Shown here one piece after another: positions 16,769-26,229 of a DNA stretch of 32,000 nucleotides. The stretch is from contig NC_006138.1 of assembly GCF_000025945.1 (NCBI RefSeq), positions 3,240,001 to 3,272,000 of the forward strand, read 5' to 3'. Positions within the stretch are counted from its first letter, which is position 1, and every line of letters starts with the position of its first letter. The stretch comes from Desulfotalea psychrophila LSv54. Its GTDB lineage: Bacteria > Desulfobacterota > Desulfobulbia > Desulfobulbales > Desulfocapsaceae. Below the pieces are notes generated by a model. The model was not told where the DNA came from and did not search any database. It saw nothing but the letters and a program-made list of their open reading frames with translations. Position numbers and translations under genes: made by a program.

Positions 16769-19700
16769 ATGTCGAGAAAAATGGTTACGATTGACGGCTG
16801 TCAGGCTTGTACTCATGTTGCCTACGCCACAAGTGAAGTAATAACAATCTACCCCATCACTCCTTCATCGCCAATGGCTGCTGAAGCGGACACCAAGTCT
16901 GCTAGTAAGCAAAAGAACATCTGGGGATCTGTACCCGTTGTAACCCAACTTCAATCTGAAGGTGGTGTTGCCGGTGCTCTCCATGGATCACTGACCACAG
17001 GTGCTGTCTGTACCACTTTTACTGCCTCTCAGGGACTCCTTTTGATGATCCCTAATATGTACAAGATTGCAGGCGAGCTCATCCCTACCGTCTTTCATGT
17101 AACTGCCCGCGCCCTTGCCTACCAAGGTCTCTCCATCTTTGGCGACCACAGTGATATCTATGCTGCCCGTCAAACTGGTTGGGCTATGCTCTGCTCACAG
17201 AATGTGCAGGAAAGCATGGATATGTCTCTGATCTCCACTCAGGCTACCCTCCGTTCTCGCATCCCATTCATGCACTTCTTCGATGGTTTCCGTACCTCCC
17301 ACGAAATCCAAAAAGTAGAAGAGGTTCCCTACGAAGTTATATCAGAGGTCGTTGACGAAGATCTGGTTCTTGCCCACAGAAATCGTGCCCTCACCCCTGA
17401 TCGCCCCATGCTTCGTGGTACCGCTCAAAACCCTGATGTTTACTTCACCGGTCGTGAAACTGTAAATAAATACTACGACGCTACCCCTGCAATTGTTCAA
17501 GAAACCATGGACAAATTCGCAGAGCTTACCGGTCGTCAGTATCACCTCTTTGACTACCTTGGTGCCCCTGACGCTGAAGATGTTATTGTGATGATGGGAT
17601 CCGGTTGTGAGACCGTTGCCTCAACCGTTAACTACCTCAACGCCCGAGGTGGAAAAACTGGTCTGGTCATCGTTCGTCTTTACCGCCCATTCGACGCTGC
17701 TGCCATGGTTAACAGCCTGCCAAGCACCGTTGAACGCATCACCGTACTCGACAGAACCAAAGAGTGTGGCGCCATTGGCGAGCCTCTCTATCTTGACGTA
17801 CGCGCTGCAGTTAGCGAAGCGGTTGAGCAAAACCCAAGCGCCTATTCACCACTGATCCTCAGCGGTCGTTATGGTCTTGGTTCTGCAGAGTTCACCCCTA
17901 CCATGGTTAAAGCTATATTTGAAAATATGGTCGCCATGGCTCCAAAGAACAAGTTCTGTGTTGGACCAAACGACGATGTAACCTTCACCAGCCTTGACTT
18001 CGATAAAGATTTCAGCATCGAAGGCGATGATGTTTACCGCGCCATGTTCTACGGTTTGGGTTCCGATGGTACAGTAGGTGCTAACAAAAACACCATCAAG
18101 ATCATTGGTACAGAAACCGACAACTATGCCCAAGGGTACTTTGTTTACGATTCCAAGAAATCTGGCTCCATCACCACCAGTCATCTTCGTTTCGGCAAAA
18201 ACCCAATTACTGCCCCATACCTTATTGAGAAGGCAAACTTTATCGCCTGTCACAATCCAACATTTTTGGAACAGTATGACATGGTGGGTAACTTGGCCGA
18301 TGGCGGAATCTTCCTTCTTACCACCGGACACAGCAAAGACGAGATCTGGAATCACCTGCCAAAACAGGTACAAAAAGATCTTATTGCCAAAAATGCCAAA
18401 TTCTTCATCATTGATGCAGTAAGCCTTGGCCAGGAGCTTGGTCTTGGTGCCCGCATCAACATGATCATGCAAACTGCCTTCTTCCTTATCTCTGGAATTC
18501 TTGAGAAAGATGAAGCTATTGCAGCAATCAAGAAGGCAATCTACAAAACCTACGGCAAAAAAGGCGACAAGGTTGTTCAGATGAACTACGATGCCGTTGA
18601 CGGTGCTGTAGAAAACATCGTTGAAGTAGCCCTTGGGACCAACACCGACGGACACGATCTGCCGCCAGTTATGGCAGGAGACGCTCCTGCATTCGTACAA
18701 AATGTTACCGCTAAAATTGCTCAGGGTAAGGGCGATCAGGTAAAAGTTTCCGAGATGCCTAACGACGGTACCTGGCCTACAGCCACCACCCAATACGAGA
18801 AACGTAATATCGGTGTTAATGTTCCTGAATGGCTTTCAGAGAACTGTATCCAATGTGGTCAATGTTCCCTTGTCTGTCCTCATGCTGCTATCCGCATCAA
18901 GGTTGCACAAAATCTTGACAATGCCCCAGCAGGTGTGAAATCTCTTGATGCCGTTGGTAAAAACTTCAAGGGTTCCAAATTTGTTCTTCAGGTTTTCACC
19001 GAAGACTGCTGTGGTTGTACCCTCTGTGTAGACGCCTGTCCTGCCAAAACCAAAGCGTTGAAGATGATCAAAAACAGCGAAGAGCTCGCTGTTGTTAATC
19101 GTCCTGAGGTTCAATACTTCCTTGACCTTCCTGAGGTCAATCCTGCAGACATCAACCCTGCAACCGTCAAGGGAAGCCAGTTGCTCCGTCCTCTCTTTGA
19201 GTTCTCCGGTGCATGTGCTGGTTGTGGCGAGACTCCATACGTAAAACTTGTTACCCAACTCTTTGGTGACAGAATGCTTGTGGCCAATGCCACAGGTTGT
19301 TCTTCTATTTACGGTGGTAACCTGCCAACCACACCATATGCAAAACGCAAAGATGGTCGTGGCCCAGCATGGTCAAGCTCTCTCTTCGAAGATAATGCTG
19401 AATTTGGTATCGGTATGCGCTTCACGGCAAATAAGCTTGCCGAGCAGGCAACCGAATTGCTTAAACTGGCAGTAGAAGAAAGTGTGATAGACGGTGCCTT
19501 CGCCGAAAGTGTGATTGATGCTGATCAAAGCAACCAAACCGCTATCGAAGAGCAACGCGCTCGTGTTGAAGAGCTCAAAGAGCTTCTTAAGGGCGCCCAG
19601 GGAATGACCGCAAAACGTCTCCTCTCCATCGCTGACTACCTCACTAAGAAATCTGTTTGGATCATTGGTGGTGACGGTTGGGCATATGATATCGGTTATG

Positions 19701-20311
19701 GCGGACTCGATCACGTACTTGCCTCCGGCGAGAACGTCAACGTTCTTCTCCTTGACACCGAGGTATACTCCAATACCGGTGGTCAGATGTCCAAATCTAC
19801 CCCACGGGCAGCAACTGCTCAGTTTGCAGCGGGCGGCAAGAAGAGAGCCAAGAAAGATATCGGCATGATCTTCTCCACCTACGGCAATGTATTTATTGCT
19901 AAAATTGCAATTGGCGCAAACCCTGCCCAGGCCGTTAGAGCAATTGCTGAGGCTGAGGCATATGACGGACCATCTCTGATCATCGCCTACTCACACTGCA
20001 TTAACCACGGTATCAATATGCAAAAGGGTATGGATCAACAGAAGAAGGCTGTAGAATGTGGTCACTGGCCTCTCTACACCTACAACCCTGATCTTGAAGA
20101 GGCAGGCAAAAATCCTTTTAAGATCTCCAGTAAAGAGCCTAGCATCGCCTTTGCAGACTATGCACTGAACGAGAACCGTTACCGCATGCTCAAGCGGGCT
20201 AACCCTACTGAAGCGGATGCCCTTATGGAACTCGCTGATAAGGATAACCACAAGGCATGGAAGTTCCTCAAGGGTCGTGCTGCGGCACTTGAGCCAGAAA
20301 CAGCAGAGTAG
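16769..20311 (+). CDS. por: Pyruvate:ferredoxin (flavodoxin) oxidoreductase, single-chain type
   Basis: 1180-aa ORF with two [4Fe-4S] ferredoxin motifs (CIQCGQCSLVCP and CCGCTLCVDACP). The TPP-binding region reads GGDGWAYDIGYGGLDH, and the length is typical of NifJ/YdbK-type enzymes. Confidence 0.95.
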   Translation: MSRKMVTIDGCQACTHVAYATSEVITIYPITPSSPMAAEADTKSASKQKNIWGSVPVVTQLQSEGGVAGALHGSLTTGAVCTTFTASQGLLLMIPNMYKIAGELIPTVFHVTARALAYQGLSIFGDHSDIYAARQTGWAMLCSQNVQESMDMSLISTQATLRSRIPFMHFFDGFRTSHEIQKVEEVPYEVISEVVDEDLVLAHRNRALTPDRPMLRGTAQNPDVYFTGRETVNKYYDATPAIVQETMDKFAELTGRQYHLFDYLGAPDAEDVIVMMGSGCETVASTVNYLNARGGKTGLVIVRLYRPFDAAAMVNSLPSTVERITVLDRTKECGAIGEPLYLDVRAAVSEAVEQNPSAYSPLILSGRYGLGSAEFTPTMVKAIFENMVAMAPKNKFCVGPNDDVTFTSLDFDKDFSIEGDDVYRAMFYGLGSDGTVGANKNTIKIIGTETDNYAQGYFVYDSKKSGSITTSHLRFGKNPITAPYLIEKANFIACHNPTFLEQYDMVGNLADGGIFLLTTGHSKDEIWNHLPKQVQKDLIAKNAKFFIIDAVSLGQELGLGARINMIMQTAFFLISGILEKDEAIAAIKKAIYKTYGKKGDKVVQMNYDAVDGAVENIVEVALGTNTDGHDLPPVMAGDAPAFVQNVTAKIAQGKGDQVKVSEMPNDGTWPTATTQYEKRNIGVNVPEWLSENCIQCGQCSLVCPHAAIRIKVAQNLDNAPAGVKSLDAVGKNFKGSKFVLQVFTEDCCGCTLCVDACPAKTKALKMIKNSEELAVVNRPEVQYFLDLPEVNPADINPATVKGSQLLRPLFEFSGACAGCGETPYVKLVTQLFGDRMLVANATGCSSIYGGNLPTTPYAKRKDGRGPAWSSSLFEDNAEFGIGMRFTANKLAEQATELLKLAVEESVIDGAFAESVIDADQSNQTAIEEQRARVEELKELLKGAQGMTAKRLLSIADYLTKKSVWIIGGDGWAYDIGYGGLDHVLASGENVNVLLLDTEVYSNTGGQMSKSTPRAATAQFAAGGKKRAKKDIGMIFSTYGNVFIAKIAIGANPAQAVRAIAEAEAYDGPSLIIAYSHCINHGINMQKGMDQQKKAVECGHWPLYTYNPDLEEAGKNPFKISSKEPSIAFADYALNENRYRMLKRANPTEADALMELADKDNHKAWKFLKGRAAALEPETAE

Positions 20312-20360
20312 TCACTACTCACACTGAAAGATATGTCCCTGGTCTCCAGGGGCATAGAAC

Positions 20361-20401
20361 AAAAAAGGGGCCGTGGAAAATTTTCCACGGCCCCTTTTTT
20401 T
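20361..20401. terminator. Bidirectional intrinsic terminator between the convergent PFOR and YkgJ-like genes
   Basis: The sequence is A6-GGGGCCGTGGAAAATTTTCCACGGCCCC-T7. It is a perfect palindrome giving a GC-rich stem of 12-14 bp, with a U tract on either strand. Confidence 0.85.
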
Positions 20402-20441
20402 ATCCAGCTAAAGACAACTACAGCACAAAGCTTACAAACGC

Positions 20442-21377
20442 TTAATCCCGAGCAGCCATAAGTTCTTCATACTCACGAACGGAGTTGAGTACAGACTCGT
20501 CCTGACGCTGTTTTATCTGCTCAATTTTAGCCTCAACCTTGGCCGGCTTGATGGTCATTGTCTGGGCGCCAAAGAGAGTCGCTGCAAGAAATTTAAAGGA
20601 GAAGAACATGAGCTCCACATCGTCCTCTTTTACCTTGGCTAGGGTTTCCTCGTCTACCTCATAGGTATCAAGAAAGCTACTCTCAAAGATAAAACGTCTA
20701 AAATGGGCAAGATCCGTTGAGGCCATAAAGAACATTCTCTTAGCCTGCTCTGAAAGAGTTGCCTGCACACCATAGGACTTACGACGCATAATAAGACGCA
20801 ACCACTCCTTATTCATTTCATCCCGAACATCAACACCCTGATCTGCCCGCCACTCACGAACGGTCCACTCCTTATCTTCCTCAAAGCCCTTGCAATGATC
20901 TTCCTTAACCATAAAGAAAAACTTATCCTCATCCCCCAGGGTCTCATTACCATCGGCATCACGGCTTCCACCCTCGTGAAAATCTGCCATACCAACGGGA
21001 TAATAACGACATGCCGAAGGACGATCCTCATATACGGTGCAACCCTCAGGAGTTACAAAGGGACATTTATGCTCGTCTTCATCGTTCAGCTTAATCATAA
21101 CGCCAGGCATATCTGTTTTTTCCAGATAAGTTGGCTGGGTATAGGTGTGCAAGAATTCATGAGCGGGGATATCCAGGCGTTTTATCAACTGAAGGATATC
21201 ATAGGGGGTCAAAACAATCTTAATTCCACGACAACAAGCTGTAAAGCACTTAACCCCGGGATGACAGCGAAATTTAATTTTGCTGTCAAGGGTTAGCTTC
21301 TGAGGGAGAATCGCCGAAGGGTTTTTCTCCTTGCCAAAAATCGTCTTCTCTTTACCACTTCTCTGCTCATTACTCAT
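20442..21377 (-). CDS. YkgJ/UPF0153-family Cys-cluster protein (long form)
   Basis: 311-aa ORF. FRCHPGVKCFTACCRG plus CPFVTPEGCTVYEDRPSACRYYP matches the YkgJ zinc/iron-chelating Cys-cluster pattern. It carries an additional ~150-aa C-terminal region. Confidence 0.7.
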   Translation of the reverse strand: MSNEQRSGKEKTIFGKEKNPSAILPQKLTLDSKIKFRCHPGVKCFTACCRGIKIVLTPYDILQLIKRLDIPAHEFLHTYTQPTYLEKTDMPGVMIKLNDEDEHKCPFVTPEGCTVYEDRPSACRYYPVGMADFHEGGSRDADGNETLGDEDKFFFMVKEDHCKGFEEDKEWTVREWRADQGVDVRDEMNKEWLRLIMRRKSYGVQATLSEQAKRMFFMASTDLAHFRRFIFESSFLDTYEVDEETLAKVKEDDVELMFFSFKFLAATLFGAQTMTIKPAKVEAKIEQIKQRQDESVLNSVREYEELMAARD

Positions 21378-21677
21378 AAGACATCACCTCTGGTAAAAAA
21401 ATATAATTGTCTCTACCCCTTAGAAAAGTAGAGTGAATTTCATTGGGAAGACGTTCATAGTAAACGGCCTAGGCAAAACTGTCAAACTCAATTAAGAACC
21501 GACTTTTTTTGTCAGGAGAAACTCTTGATAAGTCCAGGCAAATTCCGCTTGGCCCCCAATTGCCTATCTTAACTGTTGCAGTTTTGTCTAAATATGCGTA
21601 TATCTCAAACGTTGTTACGTGTTAATATAATAAAGATTTTCCTTCAACCAAGGCCCATGTAGTAAAGGATTTTTTAT

Positions 21678-21872
21678 ATGAAATTGTTCTCTGCCCCAGT
21701 TGATTTAAGTGATGCCGATACAGTCATCTACCATCTCCCCGACGGTCCGGCACTTTCTCTAAGTATAAGTGGGATTGAAGCCTACGTAGATCTGGAGCTT
21801 GAAGTTGGTCATATCTGCGACACCTCTGCCATAGACGGTACTATCCATTTTTTCCCCAGAGGAAACGCCTAA
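21678..21872 (+). CDS. Small hypothetical protein (64 aa)
   Basis: ORF with AAAGGA 8 nt upstream of the ATG. It ends 8 nt before the next gene. No motif recognised, and coding status is unproven. Confidence 0.4.
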   Translation: MKLFSAPVDLSDADTVIYHLPDGPALSLSISGIEAYVDLELEVGHICDTSAIDGTIHFFPRGNA

Positions 21873-21880
21873 CTCCTCCC

Positions 21881-22666
21881 ATGTTTAAAACTTTACCAAG
21901 ACCTCTTATTGTAGACAGTCGTTCCGACGGACATGTTCATACCAAATGGTGTCGACATGCAACAGGAGAGATGGAAGATTATGTCCAAGAGGGCCTCCAA
22001 CGTGGCCTGCGTGAAATAATCTTTCTTGAACACATGGAGGAGGGCATCATTACCTCTCGGACCACCTGGCTCAGTGAAGATGAGTTTGATCTCTATTTTG
22101 CAGAGGGTAAGAGGCTACAGGAGAAGTATCGTGGCCAAATAGCGGTAAAAATCGGCGTTGAAGTAGGATATAATCCTGCTTGCACCGAAAAAATTCTGCA
22201 TCGATTATCAACAAGAGCATGGGATAAGATTGGCCTTTCATACCACTTTCTCCCCGTAAAAAATGAACCGCATATCAATCTCTTGAGCAGCAGGCCAGAA
22301 CACAGTCTCAGGGTACGCCAGCGAAGTCCACATAAGATAGCAGAACAATATCTCGATGGGCTGATAAAGGCGGTAGAGATTTTTCCCGTCCATGCCGTCT
22401 GTCATCTAGATGCCGCCCTACGCCATATCCCTGAAATTAGCTTTGCCAAACACCACTTGGCAAAGGTCAGGCAACTATTAGCCATCATCCAGAGGAAAGG
22501 CATTGCCCTTGAAATAAACACCTCTGGATTTGATTACCGCAACGAATGCTTTCCTGCCCACAGCATCATAGCTATTGCCCAGGAAATGGGCGTCCTCTTT
22601 GTAGCAGGATCCGACGCCCATAGCCCGAAAGATGTTGGCCGCTACTTCGACAGATTCCCTACCTAG
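21881..22666 (+). CDS. PHP-domain phosphatase, HisJ-family histidinol-phosphatase-like
   Basis: 261-aa ORF with the N-terminal metal ligands DGHVHT, an internal EH, and C-terminal GSDAHSPKDVG. This is the PHP/HisJ pattern. Confidence 0.7.
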   Translation: MFKTLPRPLIVDSRSDGHVHTKWCRHATGEMEDYVQEGLQRGLREIIFLEHMEEGIITSRTTWLSEDEFDLYFAEGKRLQEKYRGQIAVKIGVEVGYNPACTEKILHRLSTRAWDKIGLSYHFLPVKNEPHINLLSSRPEHSLRVRQRSPHKIAEQYLDGLIKAVEIFPVHAVCHLDAALRHIPEISFAKHHLAKVRQLLAIIQRKGIALEINTSGFDYRNECFPAHSIIAIAQEMGVLFVAGSDAHSPKDVGRYFDRFPT

Positions 22667-24288
22667 ACAACTCCACAGGCAGTTTCCATGGCAACTTTCA
22701 AGGTCTTTGCGGTAAATGGCTTACGTAGTATGCCATTCACCCCCGCCTCTCTTGCCAACTGGTTATCATTCTGTTCATCTTGGGTGGTGACCATCAATAC
22801 AGGAAGAACATCCCGAGAATATTTTTCCCGAAGCCTCTCGGTGAGTTGAACCCCGGTGACAAGAGGCATATTCAAATCAGTAAGCACCATAAACGGTTTT
22901 TCTTCTTTCTCCAACCACTGCAGAGCAGCTTCAGGAAACTCAAAGAGAACAGGTTCATAGCCCAATTCATGAAGGGTTGATTTGTAAATCTTAAGAACCA
23001 TCCTCGAATCATCAACAGCCACAACCTTCTGCCGAACCAGACTGTCCACTCCGCCAAGCACCTGCTGGGCTAAATCATCCCTGCCTATTCCCAAGAGAAG
23101 ACCACGATAACGCTCTCTTATATCAAGATGACTCTCTGGCAAATACCCTATAGCAATGCGCCAAAAGATTTCATCAACCACAAGAGCCAAAAAAAGGCGG
23201 TCAACTTCAGCAGATATAATAGCCCGGACAATACGAGAGGCATCCTCCAGAGACCCACGTAACAGATTTTTTATACCGACCACAAAGAAGGGAGAATAAT
23301 TTTTTTCAATTGCCCTGGCAGCTGCCAGGCAAACATGTTCCTCACCATCACTGAGTCCTTCCGTCAGGCTATAGGCAGATTTGTCCATGGGGAGAAGGGC
23401 AAGAGCCTCATAGGCGGCAAAACGCACGTTAGGGTCAGCTGGCAGATGAGAGAGCAGCTGCCGAATCGGCGACACGGCCTGACCATCACCCAGATCACCC
23501 AATACGTTGAGAACATGAACAATAAAATCCGAATCACCATCCGCTAGTTGAGAAATAAGGGCTGAAACAGATTTCCCCCCTATATCAATAAGCTTCTGTT
23601 TGGCGAAAGTACGTAAATATGCCTCACGGGAACGAAGGGCCTGACAGAGACACTCTATTGATTTTTGATCCTGCAGGGTGACAAAAATCGAGAGAATAGC
23701 GAGATCTATCTCGGTATCACTATCCATCCTGCGACCCAGTCCATCTACGGCCTCAGGACCGCCAATCCTGCCGAGCGAATGAATCGCTGCCATGACAAGC
23801 TCCTGACTTGCCGAATAGAGATAGTCTGTCAACACAGGGACAGCACGAGTATCGGCAATTTTTCCCAGTGTCCCTATGATGCAGGCGATCTCAGCAACAT
23901 TTTCAGTTTTATTAATCAAGCCCAGAAGGGCAGGCACCGTCTCCAGAGTTTTAAGTTCTCCGGCAATACGTATTAACTCTATCTTATCGGCGATTACAGA
24001 CGATTCCAAAAAACCCGATAACTTTTCAGGAAAGGCCATAAAACAGGAGAAAAGAGTGCTACGGACAACCCCACCTTTCATGTCAACATGGCCATGCTCT
24101 GTCAAAAGGTACACAAGAAGGGGCACTTGAAACTCTATTTCAGCACGAGAAAGTATATAGAGCAACTTTCCCTGAGTTGGAGAATCAACTCTATCAATAT
24201 AAGCCAAAACAAGACGCGCCTTTAAGGCATCGCCTGTTCTAACATTTTCCACCAACTCTTCTAGCATATGCTTTACATCAAATCCCAC
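22663..24288 (-). CDS. HEAT-repeat protein with C-terminal response-regulator receiver domain
   Basis: 541-aa ORF. The first ~410 aa carry repeated HEAT/PBS-lyase-type units (LGKIADTRAVPVLTDYL, LGRIGGPEAVDGLGRRM, LGDLGDGQAVSPIRQLL). The C-terminus is a REC domain (VVAVDDSRM...MVLTDLNMPLVTG...RKP). No DNA-binding or enzymatic output is recognised. Confidence 0.8.
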   Translation of the reverse strand: MGFDVKHMLEELVENVRTGDALKARLVLAYIDRVDSPTQGKLLYILSRAEIEFQVPLLVYLLTEHGHVDMKGGVVRSTLFSCFMAFPEKLSGFLESSVIADKIELIRIAGELKTLETVPALLGLINKTENVAEIACIIGTLGKIADTRAVPVLTDYLYSASQELVMAAIHSLGRIGGPEAVDGLGRRMDSDTEIDLAILSIFVTLQDQKSIECLCQALRSREAYLRTFAKQKLIDIGGKSVSALISQLADGDSDFIVHVLNVLGDLGDGQAVSPIRQLLSHLPADPNVRFAAYEALALLPMDKSAYSLTEGLSDGEEHVCLAAARAIEKNYSPFFVVGIKNLLRGSLEDASRIVRAIISAEVDRLFLALVVDEIFWRIAIGYLPESHLDIRERYRGLLLGIGRDDLAQQVLGGVDSLVRQKVVAVDDSRMVLKIYKSTLHELGYEPVLFEFPEAALQWLEKEEKPFMVLTDLNMPLVTGVQLTERLREKYSRDVLPVLMVTTQDEQNDNQLAREAGVNGILRKPFTAKTLKVAMETACGVV

Positions 24289-24343
24289 TGCATCTCCTTA
24301 AAAAGCTGGTCTCAACGCGCCAACCTTAGACAACGAATAGACC

Positions 24344-26071
24344 TTAGACCGGTAACCAGTCAGCTCCCATCCGTTTAATAAAATTATAACCACCTGCCAG
24401 AACAATATTATTCTCCAGGCCAACAGAATCTAAAAGTCTCTGTATTTCAAATGACCTGGATCCTGCGTTACAAAAGATCACCAATGTTTTATCGGTGGGC
24501 AACTCCGCATATCTATCCCGTACCTGCTCATAGGGCAAGTTCAACCAGAGATCACCATATTTTTCCATAAAAGGCTTTGCCTGCTTTGGATGACGGACAT
24601 CAAGCACCAACCAATCGGGCTGACTTGTCACATTCTCCATCCAGGCATAAAATAGCTCCAAACGCATTTGCCGCATACGTCCATCTATAAGATTCTCGGC
24701 CACATATCCCGCAGCATTAATCGCATCAATGGCTGTTGAAAATGGCGGGGCATAGGCCATTTCAATATTACCAAAATCATCCACCGTAGCACCTGCCGTA
24801 ATGGCAACAGCAGCAGCATCTATACGGGCAAGGAGGGCATCACTGGCGCCACCAATGCCCTGAAGGCCAAGCACCCTTCGGGTTCTTCTATCAAAGACAA
24901 GCTGCAGGCAGAGCACCTGTTGGGTCGGAAAGAAATGAGCTCTATCGGATGAGCTAGTCAGGGAGACATCGGCATCAAAACCTTCTGCCAGGGCGGACTC
25001 AAGGCTCAATCCCGTTGATGCAGCCGAAAAATCAAAGGCCTTTAAGATAAAACTACCAATGGCACCCTTGAAAATCGTGGGAATGCCAACAATATTATCA
25101 GCTGCAACTCGTCCCTCTTTATTGGCAAGACTACCCAGAGGGGCATAAAAAGAACGACCTGATACCAGATGAGGAATTTCTACACAATCACCTGCTGCAT
25201 AAATTGTAGGATCAGAGGTCTGCATCCTCTCATTAACCACGATGCCACCCTTACTGGAAACGTGCAGTCCGGCCTCTTTGGCAAGCTCTGAACGAGGACG
25301 AACACCCGTCGCCATGATAACCATATCGCAGTCAAGCGTCTTACCGGAACTGAGACGGACCCCAGCCACATGGTCAGCATCACCTGCTACTATCTCAGCC
25401 GCACTCTCGCCAAGATACAGGTGAACATCCTTGTCATCCATATGCTGGGCAAGCATAGCTGCCATGGGCCAATCGAGGATATTGGGTAAAAGTTGTTTTT
25501 GGAACTCCACCAGAGAAGTTTCAACACCCCAAAGATCCTTAAGGGCTTCAGCCATCTCAATACCAATGGCACCACCACCGATAACAACAGCTTTACCCAC
25601 CTGTCCCTTGGCAATTCTTGCCTTTATCTCAATGGCCTTATGCATATCAGTGACGGTAAAGACCCCATCAAGGTCTACCCCGGGAATAGGGAGGATAAAG
25701 GGCTGACTACCCGTGGCAAGCAGTAACTTATCGTAGGAGACTGTCTCCTCTGCGCCCGTCTTTACATCTTGCAACAAGACGGTTTTCTCTGCCCGATCAA
25801 TAGAAATAGCTCGGGTTGAGGTCATTGCCGTAACCCTCTTCGCCTTATCAAAAAAGAACTCATCCCGTAACATATGAAAACTTGTTGAACGAAGCTCCTT
25901 CTCATCCGCTACATCACCAGAGACATAATATGGGATACCGCAACCGCCATAGGAAATAAGCGCATCCTGATCAATAACAACAACCTCCGCTCTAGGCGAC
26001 AGACGCTTAATGCGACAGGCAGCTTTAGGGCCAGCAGCAACACCACCAATAATGACGATACGTTCTCCCAT
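24344..26071 (-). CDS. CoA-disulfide reductase-like FAD/NAD(P) oxidoreductase fused to a C-terminal rhodanese domain
   Basis: FAD-binding IVIIGGVAAGPKAA; redox Cys in SYGGCGIPYY; second Rossmann fold VVIGGGAIGIEMAE; C-terminal rhodanese loop FCNAGSRS. The ATG at 26071 (MGERIVIIGG) is preferred over the upstream start at 26158. Confidence 0.85.
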   Translation of the reverse strand: MGERIVIIGGVAAGPKAACRIKRLSPRAEVVVIDQDALISYGGCGIPYYVSGDVADEKELRSTSFHMLRDEFFFDKAKRVTAMTSTRAISIDRAEKTVLLQDVKTGAEETVSYDKLLLATGSQPFILPIPGVDLDGVFTVTDMHKAIEIKARIAKGQVGKAVVIGGGAIGIEMAEALKDLWGVETSLVEFQKQLLPNILDWPMAAMLAQHMDDKDVHLYLGESAAEIVAGDADHVAGVRLSSGKTLDCDMVIMATGVRPRSELAKEAGLHVSSKGGIVVNERMQTSDPTIYAAGDCVEIPHLVSGRSFYAPLGSLANKEGRVAADNIVGIPTIFKGAIGSFILKAFDFSAASTGLSLESALAEGFDADVSLTSSSDRAHFFPTQQVLCLQLVFDRRTRRVLGLQGIGGASDALLARIDAAAVAITAGATVDDFGNIEMAYAPPFSTAIDAINAAGYVAENLIDGRMRQMRLELFYAWMENVTSQPDWLVLDVRHPKQAKPFMEKYGDLWLNLPYEQVRDRYAELPTDKTLVIFCNAGSRSFEIQRLLDSVGLENNIVLAGGYNFIKRMGADWLPV

Positions 26072-26229
26072 TCTTTTCTCCAAGAGTATTTTAATAATAA
26101 TTCCTATGCTAACAAGCATCATTGCCCAGGCCCTAAAGGCACCGGCCAACAACAGCATACAAACAATTTATCCCCTAAATAAACTCATCGCCATGAGGTG
26201 AGCTCACAGTATAAATTCATTTTCAATAC

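Noticed and set aside
17846-18793. 315-aa antisense ORF inside the PFOR gene. Similar cases are the 269-aa ORF at 10701-11510 antisense to the helicase gene and the 199-aa ORF at 1871-2470 antisense to rny.
   Set aside because: In all three cases the antisense codons are in exact register with the sense codons; the offsets 1077, 1074 and 747 nt are multiples of 3. Antisense stops can then arise only from sense TTA, CTA or TCA codons, which these genes evidently avoid. The translated products are low-complexity with no motifs. This is a codon-usage artefact, not overlapping genes.
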